A stretch of 64,000 nucleotides of DNA from Octopus sinensis (GCF_006345805.1 NC_043005.1:46562001-46626000); one strand, 5' to 3'. Positions 1 to 13,200 are shown, counted from the stretch's first letter. Program-made: numbers and translations. Notes: generated by a model not told the origin, from the sequence alone.

Positions 1-3000
1 GAATCCACTGGAGATCAATTCCAGATGACGATGTCTGATCGTCTCAAAATCATTCTATAGATCGAACTAGAACAGTGCCACACGAAAGTAAAATATATTA
101 CCATCCTTCTTCAAAATTTATCGCTGGTGGTATAAATTGCTGGTGGATCTTCCAAAAAGCGCATATGTCTCCACTTTCCAGCTCATGCCACCAATGGTTA
201 GTTCCAGGCCGAACATAAACATTTTGTCCAAAATATTGAAGTCTGCGAATCACGGGTCAGAAATTGTCCACACTATCCTCCGAATTCGTGTTGTGTTTTA
301 GTAGCAGCCACATATTTCGCTTATACATTTAGGATTCTTCTAAGTCTGCTGCTACTTGCGATAGACGCCTGCAAAGAAAGGGCGTAAAAGTCTAATATGT
401 ATGCATAAAGCTCATAAAACTGTTCATCCACATAAAGTGATTTGTCCATCGCAACTCCATACACTGCCAACTGTATCTTACAAGCTATTATATATATATA
501 TATATAAAACTAACTCCAACTTTATTACTGAGTGCTGCAATAGTCCGTCGAGATTATTACCAATGTCTCTCGTCTCCGGTCCACCACTAATTTTTAAAAC
601 ATTGGGTAAATTGTTGTTAGAAAACTGTACACATTTTCATTATGTCTTTGTTTTCAATGTGCATTGCTCCTACATCGAATCATCAAATCTTGTCTTCACC
701 ACAGCCTCTCATCCTTTCGAGGTCGATAAGATAAAGTAACAGTTAAGTATTGGGAATCGACTGTTTTTTCTTCCAAGATTTAAGTTCTTGTTTTTATGGT
801 AGGAACCAATAATGATATAAAAATAAAGAAATCTAAAATATAATAAGAACTCATATTGTTGTATTTTTCTTAATAAAAGTTAACGGGGTGGAGGCATTGT
901 AGCGTAATATGTATCATATTATTAATCTTTGAGGTAAAATCGAGTGGCGTTTTACAGTATACCATGAGAAATACTTTAAATAGAATACTATAGAATACAA
1001 ATTAGAATAGCAACATAAGTGTTCGAGATCATGTTTGTGTACCGATATTGAAATAATCATCAAAGTATTTAGCATGAAAAATTATTAATTATATTTCCTC
1101 CTTCTAAAAACAGAAAACTACATTATAAGATTCTATGAATCGATAAAGAAAATAATTCTAATAGTTATAGATGACCAAAAGTAGACAAAATTAAAATCGC
1201 CTGATCCGTTGTAGGACTGGAATGAGAAGAAGCACACATATTTTTATATGTGAGTGACACTATTGATAATTAATTGAAATAATTTAAAAAGCAGGAATCA
1301 GTTCTGTTTGTGTCTGTTGAACTTTGTGTAGTTTCTGACTGTCTGACACTAAACTAATATGTCAATATCTATATTACACATATAGCTATAATAATTCATT
1401 TTTAGTTTTAAAAACTTATTTATTAAAACAAATAACAGCACCATTAATTTCTCCATAATGGTTAATTTATACATACTCCGTTTTGTTAGCCACCTATTAT
1501 TCTCCCGCAAAAGTGCTTTAATATCGTATGTAATAGCAATCTTATATGTAATATCAATATGTCAGTGTTTAGTATTTAAACACTGACTTTCCCCACCTAA
1601 ATCATTTATTCTTATATAAAAATAGTAATCACTGTACTCTCAGCTCTAGTTGTCTTAAAACTGCGCGCGTACGCACACAGAAACACACATTCGCACACAG
1701 TGACTACATACAATGCTTCTTATTACATTTTACTATACTTTAATGCCTTCGAACAAGCTACAAACTTCTGTACTTGTAATCATCTCTCGTTTACATCGAT
1801 CGCACGTCTGTTTCTAACACATGACCCCCACCTACCAGACCACTTCCTTTCTGCTATCCCCAAGCGAGTGCTTCAGTTAAAAACGAAAACATTTCATTTA
1901 AAGAGGATCTGTTAGTATTCCTCGGTTACTTTCCTTTATCTGTTAACAGACAATTAAACCATTGAACTCACAAGAAGTTCGAGCACGAAACTAACAGCCT
2001 AATACCGGAAACAAGCTATGTCCAAATAAATTTCACTCTAATCGAATTATAAATTTTCTATTATACTTGTAATTCTTCGGTCTGTGAAATATTTTGTTGA
2101 ATCTGTATATAGTTGCCGGTTGGTTTTGAAACGGGCTATCGGTTTGAATCTGCAGGAACCATAAATCAGATGACAACGCTAAATTCAAAGGTATCGTACA
2201 TGGAAAGAAGAGTGATGGAAGAATAACTCTGGCACATCCATATGTATTGAGCACATTTCTTAAGTCAGTGAATTCACTGTCATAAGATTACATAGCATGA
2301 AGTTTTACGGCGTGTTTGTTGACAAGAAACACACGATTCATTTGCTGAATTTGCTTCTCAGATAATGTTTCCCAGTCAGTTCCACTTATCTTATTCCAAC
2401 AGAGAGAAATTACTGATGAAAATGTAAAAGAGAGATGTGAGAGACAAAAGAGAAAGATACACAGAGAAACAGACAGATTAGAGAGTGTGTGGGATGGCGC
2501 TTCCTGCGGAATTTTTAATTCTCGACTAGTAGTACTGTGAAGCGTATGCTGGAAACATTTCCGAATCAGTCAACCGAGAATAGCTGCTAGCTTCTAACGC
2601 TGTTGGTGTAGCCAAGAAAGCTGGGGTGTGGCACTCTGACGCCGCCACAATTCTTTTAAATATGCATTCCTCTGAAATGATCGTTTGCTAATTTTATAAT
2701 GATTTAATTCAAGAAGGCAAGGCTTGTAAGTCAGTTTTATGAGCTAATTTCTAGCTTAGTTGAACCACATAATATTCTATCAGTAACTAAACGAGCAATG
2801 GTTTAACAAGTACTAATAGATACAAGGCAACAGCAAAATTAAATTACTTTCAATAATTTTCTTGTTGTGATGCTTGCATCAAGTTTCTTTATCATTTCAA
2901 CATTTCAAGTTAATTCTTAATGCACATCTTGTGAATAAACCAACACCACATACCGTCCATACATTACTATTTAGACAATTATAGATGAGCCAATATAAAT

Positions 3001-3204
3001 TAGCAGCAACAAGATGGCTTTAATGAATATATTTCTTTCCCTCCTTCTCCTTTATTATTCTTCACTTTCACTTTTCTTCATCTTTACCTCTATCTTTTTA
3101 TCGTGTTATATTCCTCTCTATAATGTGTGTTAACTCTCACTATCGTATCTCTCTCCCCTCCTTTCTTCTCACCGTTCTCTCTCTCTTTCTCTTTCTCTTT
3201 AAAT

Positions 3205-3350
3205 TGTTTCTACTACAAGGAAACTCTTACGTGATCGCTCGACTTGCTAGAAACAGCAGCCAAATTTCCTCCCAAAGTTAAGCATACCATTTTCTAAAAA
3301 CGACGGGATTGTCATGGCTGGAAAGCTTTCGATTATAGATCTACTTTATT
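3205..3350 (+). repeat. Fragment of an interspersed repeat with a CTAGAAATAGCAGCCAAAT core, probably a LINE/SINE 3' tail
   Basis: GCTAGAAACAGCAGCCAAAT here matches the reverse complement of ATTTGGCTGCTATTTCTAGCA at ~63645; related pieces at ~16480-16740 and 63840-64000. Confidence 0.55.
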
Positions 3351-3621
3351 CGAGATTAACCAAAAAGAACTACTCTGGATATGAAATTAATAGCAAGAAA
3401 CATAACAAAAATAAATCTAAACATGAGAATTCGTAAGTTTTCATTGTGGGTGGAAGTTGGCAGAGGCAGTACAATGTCAACGGTTCGGGTCATATATCTG
3501 ACATTATATTGAGTCTTTTAGCCCCGGGAAAACGCGGAAATTGGATCTAGATATTAATATGTTCAATAGTGGTATACTTTATTTCAAACGGTAACGGGAC
3601 CACAGTGCCATCGCTTATAAC

Positions 3622-3800
3622 TTTTGGCACAAGGCCACCAACTGACTTTGTTGATCGCTTGGTACTTATTTTACTGATCATGAGGGATGAACGGTAAAGT
3701 CAACCACGGCGGGACTTGAACTCAGAACGGAACGCAAAGAGAGATGAAATGCCACTATGCATTTTGCCCGGCGTGCTAGCGACTCTGCCAGTTCGCTGTC
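3622..3800 (-). mobile_element. tRNA-derived SINE, family B, degenerate
   Basis: Matches other family B copies in the window (e.g. 49106-49335): ...AAAGTCAACC...GAACTCAGAAC...GCATTTTGCCCGGCGTGCTA...CTGCCAGTTCGC; B box GAGTTCAAGT on the minus strand. Confidence 0.75.
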
Positions 3801-4614
3801 CAAGGAACCACTGCGTAATTGACAAATGATTTGTTATTATGTATGTTTGGGTTCGAATCCAACCCCAGGAATATTTTAGAAAAGTCTAAACTCAAACTGC
3901 CTTACATTACATCAAAGTACACCAACACCATTTTTCATTATTTTAATTCTACTGGGTTCTCCTGTTTGATTATTCAATCACGGGGCTCGAAATGACAAAA
4001 CCTGGCGGTAATTTAACAGAGTTGTTAGAGTATGGGATAATATTTTTTTCTTGGTCCCCGCGTTCTGTGTTCAAATCCTGCTGGTGGGGATCCTTTGCCT
4101 TTCATTCTTTAGGATCGTTAACATAAAATACCATTCAGAGTGGTGTATTGTTAAAATTACTTGAGCATTTATTCCAGTTCTTTGTCTTCTGAGTTCCTGC
4201 GTGGTTAACTTAATCTATAATCCGGTTTAACACTATGACTGGTCCTTGGATGACTTTAACACACTTCACTCTGTTGTAAGCATTTGGGTTCGATCTTTTG
4301 TCTGGCATATAACTTCCTCTCTTTTTCTTATCAATCTATGATGTTCTGAAAACAAATAAAGAATCGTGACCATCCTACTTCCCTACTAAGTGTCAAAAAA
4401 ACCTTAGAAAAATCGAATTGTATAGACGGTCTTTTCTGTCAGTACAGTTATTGTGAGATTGATACTATGAGTGTTAAAGGCATTTAAGTTCTCTTCAATG
4501 AAGACATTCACTCACAGAGCAGCTGTGACTCTTTATCACTCGCATTGTACATCGATTGTGAGAAGCTATTACCTGTTGTATTTATTAGGAAACACATTAT
4601 TATCGTAACAAATA

Positions 4615-5555
4615 CAGTAATGCCTTGATATACCAGTTAATTTGATCCCGAAGACAGCTCGTAAAGCGAAAACTCGTAAAGCAGAACAGTAATTTTTCCA
4701 TAGTAGCAATGTTATAAATCGTAATTCGTTCCCAGAAAGATATTTTACCTATAAATTTTATAAACCTTGTCAATAACTGTCAATAAAACAACAGGTACTT
4801 TTTGGTTATCTCACCCCGCTTAAAAAATTACCATTAGAAAATTGGGTTATCTCCCTACTAAAAAATGGGTTTATGAGGCGACAAGAGATTTGATTAAAAG
4901 AGTTTAGATCCTTTTGATTTAATACTTCAGCACATTGTTGACTTTTGGCCTCCTCGATAGGCATGGTATGATTTTTTATATAAAAATGTTATTAGATTCA
5001 ATGTTTAATGTTTTTTAATTTCCCTGTTTATTAATTTTTTCATTCTGTTTTTGCTTTAATGAGGGTTAAACATTTTTTTTTAGTAGGGGGAGATAACCAA
5101 AAGTACCGATATTTTTCATAAAACGGGGGAAGCTAACCCAATTTATTAATGGGTCGAGATAACCAAAAAGTACCAAACAACAATAGAATGTAAAGAGTCT
5201 TTCATGTGAAGTAAAAATAATGTCAAGATCATTTATAATTTCAAAAATAATTATTATAATAATAATCGTTTTCTGAATTACTTTCACATGCACTAGACCC
5301 GCGCGCACCATCACTTGTAGACTCGATCGCCGATTCAAAAGCAGTCATTGGTGGACTTGTAGATTTCTTTTTAAAGAACTGGTCTAGAGTTGTTTGCTTA
5401 GAAGCTTTTTGTCGCTCTCTATAAATTTCTCGGTAACACGTAGAAGCATTTGTTATGGTAGTAGAAACATATGCACTTCGTTCAAAATTTGGATCTTTAT
5501 ATCTATTATAAAATAAAACTCGTAAAGCGGGTCCTCGTAAAATGAGGTATTACTG
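4615..5555. mobile_element. MITE / non-autonomous Tc1-mariner (pogo/Tigger-like) element, 941 bp
   Basis: TA on both sides (4613-14, 5556-57); left end CAGTAATGCCTTGATATAC versus reverse complement of right end CAGTAATACCTCATTTTAC; subterminal AAAACTCGTAAAGC at both ends; no ORF. Confidence 0.7.
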
Positions 5556-6154
5556 TATATACTTACATTCTCAGATACTGCTAGGCAATCTCTGTGTGGT
5601 CATTCACCTTACTATAAATAGTGGGAAAAATCTACAACTCACGTTGCCCAGTATGTCCTATATTTTTGAATACAGGACATACTGCGCAACGTAGAATGTG
5701 GATGGGATGCTTTAGATCATATGTCTATTCGAACAGATTTGACTTGGCATTTAAAAAAAAATCCTTAAATTCCAGTGCAAAGATTTTATTACTTGCGGCA
5801 TCCATCGGTGGGGCAACAGTTTATGTATGGAAAATTTTATAGTACCTTTACACTAATTAGAAATTGCACCTGTCACAAAGGAGTTTATTTATGCAACATT
5901 ATCTCCAAATACTATCTATTAGCTGCGCTGCATAAGCATTGTGCAACATTTTCTCTGTTTGAAGTTTTCATAATTTAATCATAAGATATATGCAGTGAAA
6001 CAGGTTGTGCATTTCAAACGCAGTTACTGATGCTGCGAAGGGAAGAAATTAGTGGTTTTGAACGGATTAAGCAATGGATTAAATCTACCACCAAAACTAA
6101 TTAAGTTGTTTCGTTTATTTAGCCCAAAGTCTCCCTCCTCTCTGTCCACACCTT

Positions 6155-6200
<46 letters not shown>

Positions 6201-6299
6201 GATAGATAAAGAGAGAGAGAGGAGAGAGAGATTAAGATGGGAACAGACAGAGAGTAAATACATATAGACACACAGATATAGTACATGTATATGACTTAT

Positions 6300-6623
6300 T
6301 GGCACTCTGTCCGTTATGACGACGAGGATTTCAGTGATCCGATCAACAGAACAGCCTGTTGGGGAAATTAGTGTGAGAGTGGCTGAGCACTCCACAGACA
6401 CGCGTCCCTTTAACGTAGATCTCAGGGAGATTGAGCGTGATACAGAATGTGACAAAACTGGCCCCTTTTGAATTACAGGCACAACTTATTTTTTCCAGCT
6501 GAGCGAACTGGACCAATGTGAAATAAAGAGTCTAACTGAAGAACAGAGCGCGCCACTGGTAATGCAACTCATGACCTTACGATCGTGACCTGAGTACCTA
6601 TAACCGCTAAGTCACGTGCCTTC
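6300..6623 (-). mobile_element. tRNA-derived SINE: V-domain-like body plus tail type 2
   Basis: Minus strand reads tRNA-like head, then ...CCAGTTCGCTCAGCTGGAAAAAATAAGT body, then ...GTTGATCGGATCACTGAAATCCTCGTCGTC tail shared with 6658-7042. Confidence 0.75.
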
Positions 6624-6657
6624 AGATGTACATGACTATAGACTATATATTAGTAAT

Positions 6658-7042
6658 GGAAGCACTCCGTCGGTTACGACGATGAGGGTTCCGGTTGATC
6701 CGAATCAACGGAACAGCCTGCTCGTGAAATTAACGTGTAAGTGGCTGAGCACTCCACAGACACGTGCAGCCTTAACGTAGTTCTCGGGGATATTCAGCGT
6801 GACACAGAGAGTGATAAGGCCGGCCCCTTGAAATACAGGTACAACAGAAACAGGAAGTAAGAGTGAGAGAAAGTTGTGGTGAAAGAGTACAGCAGGGATC
6901 ACCACCATCCCCTGCCGGAGCCTCGTGGAGCTTTAAGGTGCTTTCGCTCAATAAACGCTCACAACGCCCGGTCTGGGAATCGAAACCGCGATCTTATGAC
7001 CGCGAGTCCGCTGCCCTAACCACTGGGCCATTGCGCCTCCAC
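6658..7042 (-). mobile_element. tRNA-derived SINE: body X plus tail type 2, near full length
   Basis: A box TGGCCCAGTGG and B box GGTTTCGATTCC on the minus strand; closely similar to 62590-62966. Confidence 0.85.
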
Positions 7043-7189
7043 ATATTAGTAATATAGATATAAAGATCGTCTAAGTAAAAAAAAAACAAAGCAAACACAT
7101 GTTTTGGTGTGTAATGTTGATCGTTAATTATATAACAACCTGGGTCAAAAGTTGTTTTATATTCAAAGCTTCAGTCAATAGTTCAAGCA

Positions 7190-7790
7190 AATTACATACG
7201 AAAAGCGTTCATTCATCAAAATATAGCTCATCATATTCTTTTGTTTATTGCCACTATTGCTATAGAAGTTCAAGTCTACGCTTATACCATCTGGTGCTTT
7301 TAGAAGCAAAAAACTCACTGAACCCGTTTTCAACCTCATCCACATTGAACTTTCGTCCGTGCAGAAGATAAGTTATGGTTTGGAAAAGGTGGTAATCTGA
7401 TGGTGCAAGATTAGGATTGTAGGCAAATTTTCGCTTGGCCACATTGGCAGTGTGCGCTGGGACATTGTCATGCTCATGGAGAGCACATCTTCGATTGACC
7501 AATATCGAGTAGTGGGATTTGAAAGCACTATGTACTCACTGCAGTTCTTAGGCAAGCGTTCATAGCATAACTATCTGCGACAAGCTCAAAGTGCAACGCT
7601 GCCTCAAAATTCCACCAAACATACAACCTGACTTCTTGTTCAAACCGCCTTGGTTTGACAACAATCCCTGAAACCTGGTCGGAACGCTGCCACTGATTAA
7701 CTTATTAGGATTACGAAAATAAATCCATTTTTCATTCCATTTACAGTTCGACGGCAAAAACGGGTATCTCGAGGATTTTCTAGCAGTTGT
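7190..7790 (-). mobile_element. Mariner (D34D-type) transposase remnant
   Basis: Frameshifted motifs NEKWIYFRNP (cf. TGDEKW), HDNVPAH (cf. HDNARPH) and YNPNLAPSDYHLF (cf. YSPDLAPSDYHLF) in ORFs 7560-7796 and 7260-7502. Confidence 0.85.
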
Positions 7791-7983
7791 TTGCAAATGT
7801 TCCCACGTTGTTGAGCCTAATGATTGGTCAGTCCATAAGGAATTTCTCGATAGCGTCTGTTCACAAGGACAAGCATATAGAGGTGTCGATTGGTGGTGCT
7901 TTGTGAAGAACCAAGTTCAACTGACGGTGTACGAGTGCTTGTGCTTGGCTGTTGTTCAGAGTAAAAGAAGATACTCACGCACG

Positions 7984-7984
<1 letters not shown>

Positions 7985-8053
<69 letters not shown>
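7985..8053. repeat. (CA)n microsatellite
   Basis: Direct reading. Confidence 0.95.
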
Positions 8054-8057
<4 letters not shown>

Positions 8058-9278
8058 GGTTGGTCAAATTTATCGAAACGCAACAACATTTTAAAAAAAT
8101 AATTTAATATGGGTTAGGAACAACTTTGGCAGCAATTACAGCTTGAATTCTCGTACAAAGTTTGAATTGTTTTCAAAGGAGTTTTTGTCCATTCTTCAGC
8201 TAAAACAGTCTGCAGTTCTTGTAATGATGATGGTGGAGGATATCGACCCCTTACTTGTTTTTTCTAAAATGCACCATAAATGTTCAATAATATTGAGATC
8301 TGGGACTGTGGTGGCCAGATAAGATGTTCAACTTCGCTAGAATATTCTTCGTGCCATTCAGTAACAAATTTAGCTGTGTGAATTGGTGCATTATCATCCT
8401 GAAAGATTGCGTTTCCCACCGGAAACAGTTCCGCAACCATATGATGAATTTGATCTGATAAAATGCTTAAATAATCTTGACTATTAATTCTTCCATGAAG
8501 GAAAACCATTGGGCAGCAAATTTCCAAGATATAGCCCTCCAGATCATCACAGATCCTCCTCCATGTTTAACAGTTGGAAGAAGGCAGTCTGGGTCAAATG
8601 CTTCTTTTGGCTGTTTCCACACGTATGGTTGGAAATAAGGTAAAGGATGACTCGTCTGAGAAAATAACATTCTTCCACTATTCTAAGGACCAATACTGTA
8701 GGTTTTTACTCCACTCTAAACGTTTTGCAACGTTTGTTTTTGAAAGTAGTGATTTTCTGATTGCAGCCCTCCCGTGAAATCGAGCTTTGTGCAGCTCCCG
8801 GCGAGCAGTTTTTGTGGAAACTGGATTCTCAAGGTGGTCATTAAACTCGGCAGTAATTTTGGGTGCTGTATTTTTGTGATTCTTTCTAACAATTCGCGTA
8901 AGAGGTCGGCGGTCCCTATCTGAACGTTTTTGTTTTCTTCCGGATTTCTCTCTCTTTCTAAAAGGCTGTCATTACATTCGACACAGTCCTTCTTGATATA
9001 CCAAAATATTTCAACTGTTTTCGTATGATAGCGTCTGCCATACGAATATCAACAACTTTACCTCTTTGAAAGTCCGATAGATGTGTCATTTTAATGAATT
9101 TTAATTACCTTTTTCTGATGATATCTGAAAAGAAACAGCAATTTTAGCAAAACATATTAAGCAATACAAATAATAAATCAAAAAACATAAAAATAAACAA
9201 GCTTTTTAACGATTTCATAGATATTTCAAAATTATGATGCTATGATCCTAGGTTTTCCATTATTTTATTCAATCCCTG
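8054..9278 (-). mobile_element. Tc1-like (DD34E) transposon, decayed, with degenerate TIRs
   Basis: Motifs WKNVIFSDESSF, TVKHGGGSVMIW, FQDDNAPIHTAK and WPPQS; ends CAGGGGTTGGTCAAATTTATCGAAAC versus reverse complement CAGGGATTGAATAAAATAATGGAAAA; TA at 9279-80. Confidence 0.85.
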
Positions 9279-9290
9279 TATATACATACA

Positions 9291-9378
<88 letters not shown>

Positions 9379-9394
9379 AAATATATATTATATA

Positions 9395-9484
9395 TAGGCG
9401 CAAGAGTGGCTATAGGCGCAGGAGTGGGTATAGGCGCAGTAGTGGCCATAGGCGCAGGAGTGGCTATAGGCGAAGGAGTAGCAA
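9395..9484 (+). repeat. 18-bp minisatellite, five extra copies of the SINE A 5' end
   Basis: Units of consensus TAGGCGCAGGAGTGGCTA start at 9395, 9413, 9431, 9449 and 9467. Confidence 0.9.
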
Positions 9485-9880
9485 TAGGCACAGGAGTGGC
9501 TGTGTGGTAAGTAGCTTGCTTACCACCACATGGTTCCGGGTTCAGTCCCACTGCGTGGCATCTTGGGCAAGTGTCTTCTACTATCGCCTCGTAAGTGGAT
9601 TTGGTAGACGGAAACTGAAAAAAGCCCGTCATATATATATATATGTATGTATATGCATGTGTGTGTGTATGTTTGTGCGTCTGTGTTTGTGCTCACCCCC
9701 ACATCACTTGACAACCGATGCTAGTGTGTTGACGTCTCCGTAACATAGCGGTTCGGCAAAAGAAACCAATAGAATAAGTACTAAGCTTATAAAGAATAAG
9801 TTCTGGAGTCGATTTGCTCGACTAAAGGTGGTGCTCCAACATGGCCGCAGCCAAGTGACTGAAACAAATAAAATAATAAA
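9485..9880 (+). mobile_element. tRNA-derived SINE, family A (CORE-like segment, internal microsatellite)
   Basis: GGAGTGGCTGTGTGGTAAGTAGC...GGGTTCAGTCCCACTGCGTGGCATCTTGGGCAAGTGTC...GGTGCTCCA...ACTGAAACAA; more than 10 copies in the window. Confidence 0.9.
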
Positions 9881-10004
9881 AAAACATACACGCACACATA
9901 CATATAAGTGTGAATTGCATGGATAATAATGAGTAGATAAATAGATAGCAAAATAGAGTGACAGAGAGAGGGAGAGAGAGAGGGGGTAGAGAGGGAGAGA
10001 GAGA

Positions 10005-10046
<42 letters not shown>

Positions 10047-10196
10047 GAAAAATCAGTATTGAAAGATGAGTTGATGCTGAAAATTAAACTTGTAAGCGAA
10101 AACGGTAGTGTTTATATGAATAAACAAATATATAAACAAATAGATATAAACACGTTTAGTGAAACTATTATTTTGTGATATAGATGATATATTAGT

Positions 10197-10610
10197 TAGG
10201 CGCAGGAGTGGCTGTGGGCTAAGTAGTTTGCTTATCAACAACATGGTTCCGGGTTCAGTCCCACTGCGTGGTCCTTTGGGCAAGTGTCTTCTACTATAGC
10301 CTCAGGTCGACCAAAGCCTTGTGAGTGGATTTGGTAGACGGAAACCGAAGGAAGTTTGTTGTATATATACATATATATATATATATATTTGTGTGTGTGT
10401 GTGTTTGTGTGTCTGTGTTTGTCACCCCAACATCACTTGACAACCGATGCTGGTGTGTTTACGTCCCCGTAACTTAGCAGTTCGGCAAGAGAGACCGATA
10501 GAATAAGTACTAGACTTACAAAGAATAATCCTGGGGTCGATTTGCTCGACAAAAGGCGGTGCTCCAGCATGGCCGCAGTCAAATGACTGAAACAAATAAA
10601 AGGAAAATAA
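10197..10610 (+). mobile_element. SINE family A, full length
   Basis: Same consensus as 9485-9880 and 37973-38385. Confidence 0.9.
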
Positions 10611-11394
10611 AAGTATATTGTGCAAATAGTTGAAAAAACAAATAGAGATAATGCAGCAAACTGAGGGGAAGAGAGAGACTGTCCATGACATAAGGAGTCA
10701 CAGAATGATTGTAAAAAGGCACCGCGACATAAAGAAAAGGTAAAGGGAAACGGCAGAGAGAAAGAACGAGCGCGTTAATTTACCAAGAGAAATAGCATTT
10801 ATATGCTTATACTCAGATGTGCTTCTATGAGTATGCCTATGTACGTGTTATCTACGTCTTTGTGAGTGGATCGTATAATCACGTGCTTCAATTCGTGTGA
10901 ATATATTGCAAAGAATTGTTCTAGCCATCAGTAAGAAAATTAGAAAGGAAATGGGATGTTTCGCTTTTATACGAAAACATGTGAACTTTAGTTCTTGCGA
11001 AAGTGACCTGTTATCAATCAAATCATTCAGTATCTTGACCTACGTTTCTACTTCGGAAAACTCATCAGTAAAGCACTGGAATCAGTAAAAGGCTGGAATA
11101 TTTTTTTCAACAGACTTACCGTTGTTATTGATATATTGGATTATTTTTTCTTTAAAATAATTTTTGGGATTTGGAGCCAATTCAGAGAAAACTATTGCCA
11201 ATGATAATCCTCTTTTACAGGCATACAAACAGAAGACTTGTTAATGACTCATCTTATGGCTGTCGTTATTTTCGGTACCTAGTGTGGTTAGATAATTATA
11301 TATGGTTCTAATAATGATTACTTTTTCTCTAAGCACAATTCCCAGACGTCACTCCTAAAGGATGTAATGGATGCAATTAACTACAGAACATTGC

Positions 11395-11587
11395 TTGCAA
11401 ATTTTGGCATAAGACTAGCAATTTCTGAGGAGGGTTAAATCAATTACATTGACCCTAGTGCTTTACTGGTAATAATTTTATCGCTCTCGAAAGGACGAAT
11501 GGCAAAGTCGACCTCAGCAGAATTTGAACTCAGAACATAATGACAGACGAAGCGCTACTATGCATTTTGCCCGGTGTGCTAATGATT
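11395..11587 (-). mobile_element. SINE family B
   Basis: GGCAAAGTCGACCTCAGCAGAATTTGAACTCAGAAC...CTGCCAGCTCGCCGCCTT. Confidence 0.8.
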
Positions 11588-11724
11588 CTGCCAGCTCGCC
11601 GCCTTACATTAACTATAGAATTGTACTTACACTTTTTCATTGCGATGGAAAGCAACGCGGATCGACGTATGAGTTGAAAGATCAGCCTCTAACCCAATGG
11701 TATAGGTGATAGTGAAGTGACGAA

Positions 11725-11968
11725 AAATAAAGTTACCTTCTCGAGTCATACTGACACATGAGGGCCAGTTTCACGGCGTATATATTCCCCACCTGGACGG
11801 GACACTGCTCCATTGCAGGATTACTCATTTTTGCCAGCTGAGTGGACTGGAGCAATGTGAAATGAAGTGATTTGCTCAAGAACACAAGGCATCGCTCGGT
11901 CCAGGAATCGAAACTGCAATCTTACGATCTTAAGTCCAACACCCTAACCACGAAGCTAAACGCCTACA
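11725..11968 (-). mobile_element. SINE: V-like body plus tail type 1
   Basis: CCCCACCTGGACGGGAC...ACTCATTTTTGCCAGCTGAGTGGACTGGAGCAA...GGAATCGAAAC; matches 17340-17599 and 63306-63562. Confidence 0.85.
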
Positions 11969-12986
11969 CTAGTAGAGTGAAAGATTTAAAAGGAGTTGTA
12001 TATAAAAGTCACCTAGGATAATGACTTTAGAGTGAAGTGCACTGTTCTCAATGTGTAAAGAGTAGAACAGTCTGTATTAGAGATATGTTCAAAAAGCCAT
12101 AGAGGCCGCTGATGTATTTCAATGATCGTCCTAGAACAACAGTAACTGGGAGACTATTGCTGACTTCCAGGTTAGAAAAGCACGTTGCGAGAAGAGTAAT
12201 GGTATCTGCAAATACTGAAGCATCATCCTTCAGGAAGAAATTGGATTATAGTGTAACCATGAACAAAAATGGATTAAATGTAAATGATGAGCAGTTTGTA
12301 TCTCAGAAAGAAATATATAAAACATAGGTTTACAGTTTTATCGTATATATTGAAATAGCAGATTAAAAGACACTTGTGAGGGCAAAATGGCGGAGGAAGA
12401 AGGCGGACATATGATAGACGCAAACTAATATTATCGAATTAATCTTTAGGACGGTGAGCCCTTTGAGTGTTGAAAAAAAGGTTTAAAGGTATTTCTTCCA
12501 AACATTGCTGTCATTCTCTCTAGATCGATAAAATATAACAGTCAAGTATTGGAATCGCTCTCTCTCTCTCTACCGATCTATCTCTCTGTCTATTTATCTA
12601 TGTGTATATGTATATATGTACGTATATATACATATGCACATATGCATGTATCATATATGTTTATCATTATTTAATTTTATTTCAAGATTTTCTTGCCATA
12701 GAGAAAGTTCCTGTTTCTAACATAGATCCAAGGCCCCTTCATTAGAATTTCAACATTATCAGGGTATTTTTGTATGTATATATTTATATATGTAGATTTC
12801 TATGTGTTGTTTTCTGCATGCATTCTGATGCATATACCTACATGTCTAAGCATGTTCATATATACTTAAATGATAAACTTCTACAAAGTTTTACACATTT
12901 TTGTATGTATATATGTATGTATGTGTGTGTTTGTATGTATGTATGTGTGTGCTTATATGTATGTGTGTGTGTGTGTGTGTGTGTGT

Positions 12987-13200
12987 AGGCGTGTGACTGA
13001 ATGTTGCAGTCATGAGGGTAAGATTCTGGTTTCGATTCCTGGAACGGGCGATGCGTTGCGTCCTTTTGAGCAAAACACATCCAGTACACTCAGTAGGCGA
13101 AAATGTGTAATCCTGCAACGGATCGCCGTCCTATCCAGTGGGAGGCCACAAATTTCAGGAAACCAGCATGATCAATCTAAGGCTTCGAATAGACCTTCGA
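12987..13200 (+). mobile_element. SINE: V-like body plus tail type 1, degenerate
   Basis: GGTTTCGATTCCTGGAACGGGCGATGCGTTGCGTCCTTTTGAGCAAAACAC...CCTATCCAGTGGGG. Confidence 0.65.

Noticed and set aside
90-245. Possible minus-strand exon LQYFGQNVYVRPGTNHWWHELESGDICAFWK...
   Set aside because: Under 50 codons, weak splice sites, another frame also open, no recognisable homology.
1700-1915. TNFCTCNHLS resembling an adhesion-GPCR GPS motif
   Set aside because: The conserved upstream Trp/Cys positions and the downstream transmembrane segment are absent.
2033-2412. Minus-strand frames ISLCWNKISGTDWETLSEKQ...* and ...LNTYGCARVILPSLFFPC...
   Set aside because: The apparent polypyrimidine tract derives from a GA-rich repeat; the frames are short and unrecognised.
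6980-7042. tRNA genes suggested by A/B boxes, here and at other SINE heads
   Set aside because: All are SINE heads attached to bodies and tails; none forms a complete cloverleaf with a terminator that I can verify.
9240-9632. 130-aa ORF with PIATPAP repeats
   Set aside because: Antisense translation of a SINE head plus its 18-bp minisatellite plus (TA)n.
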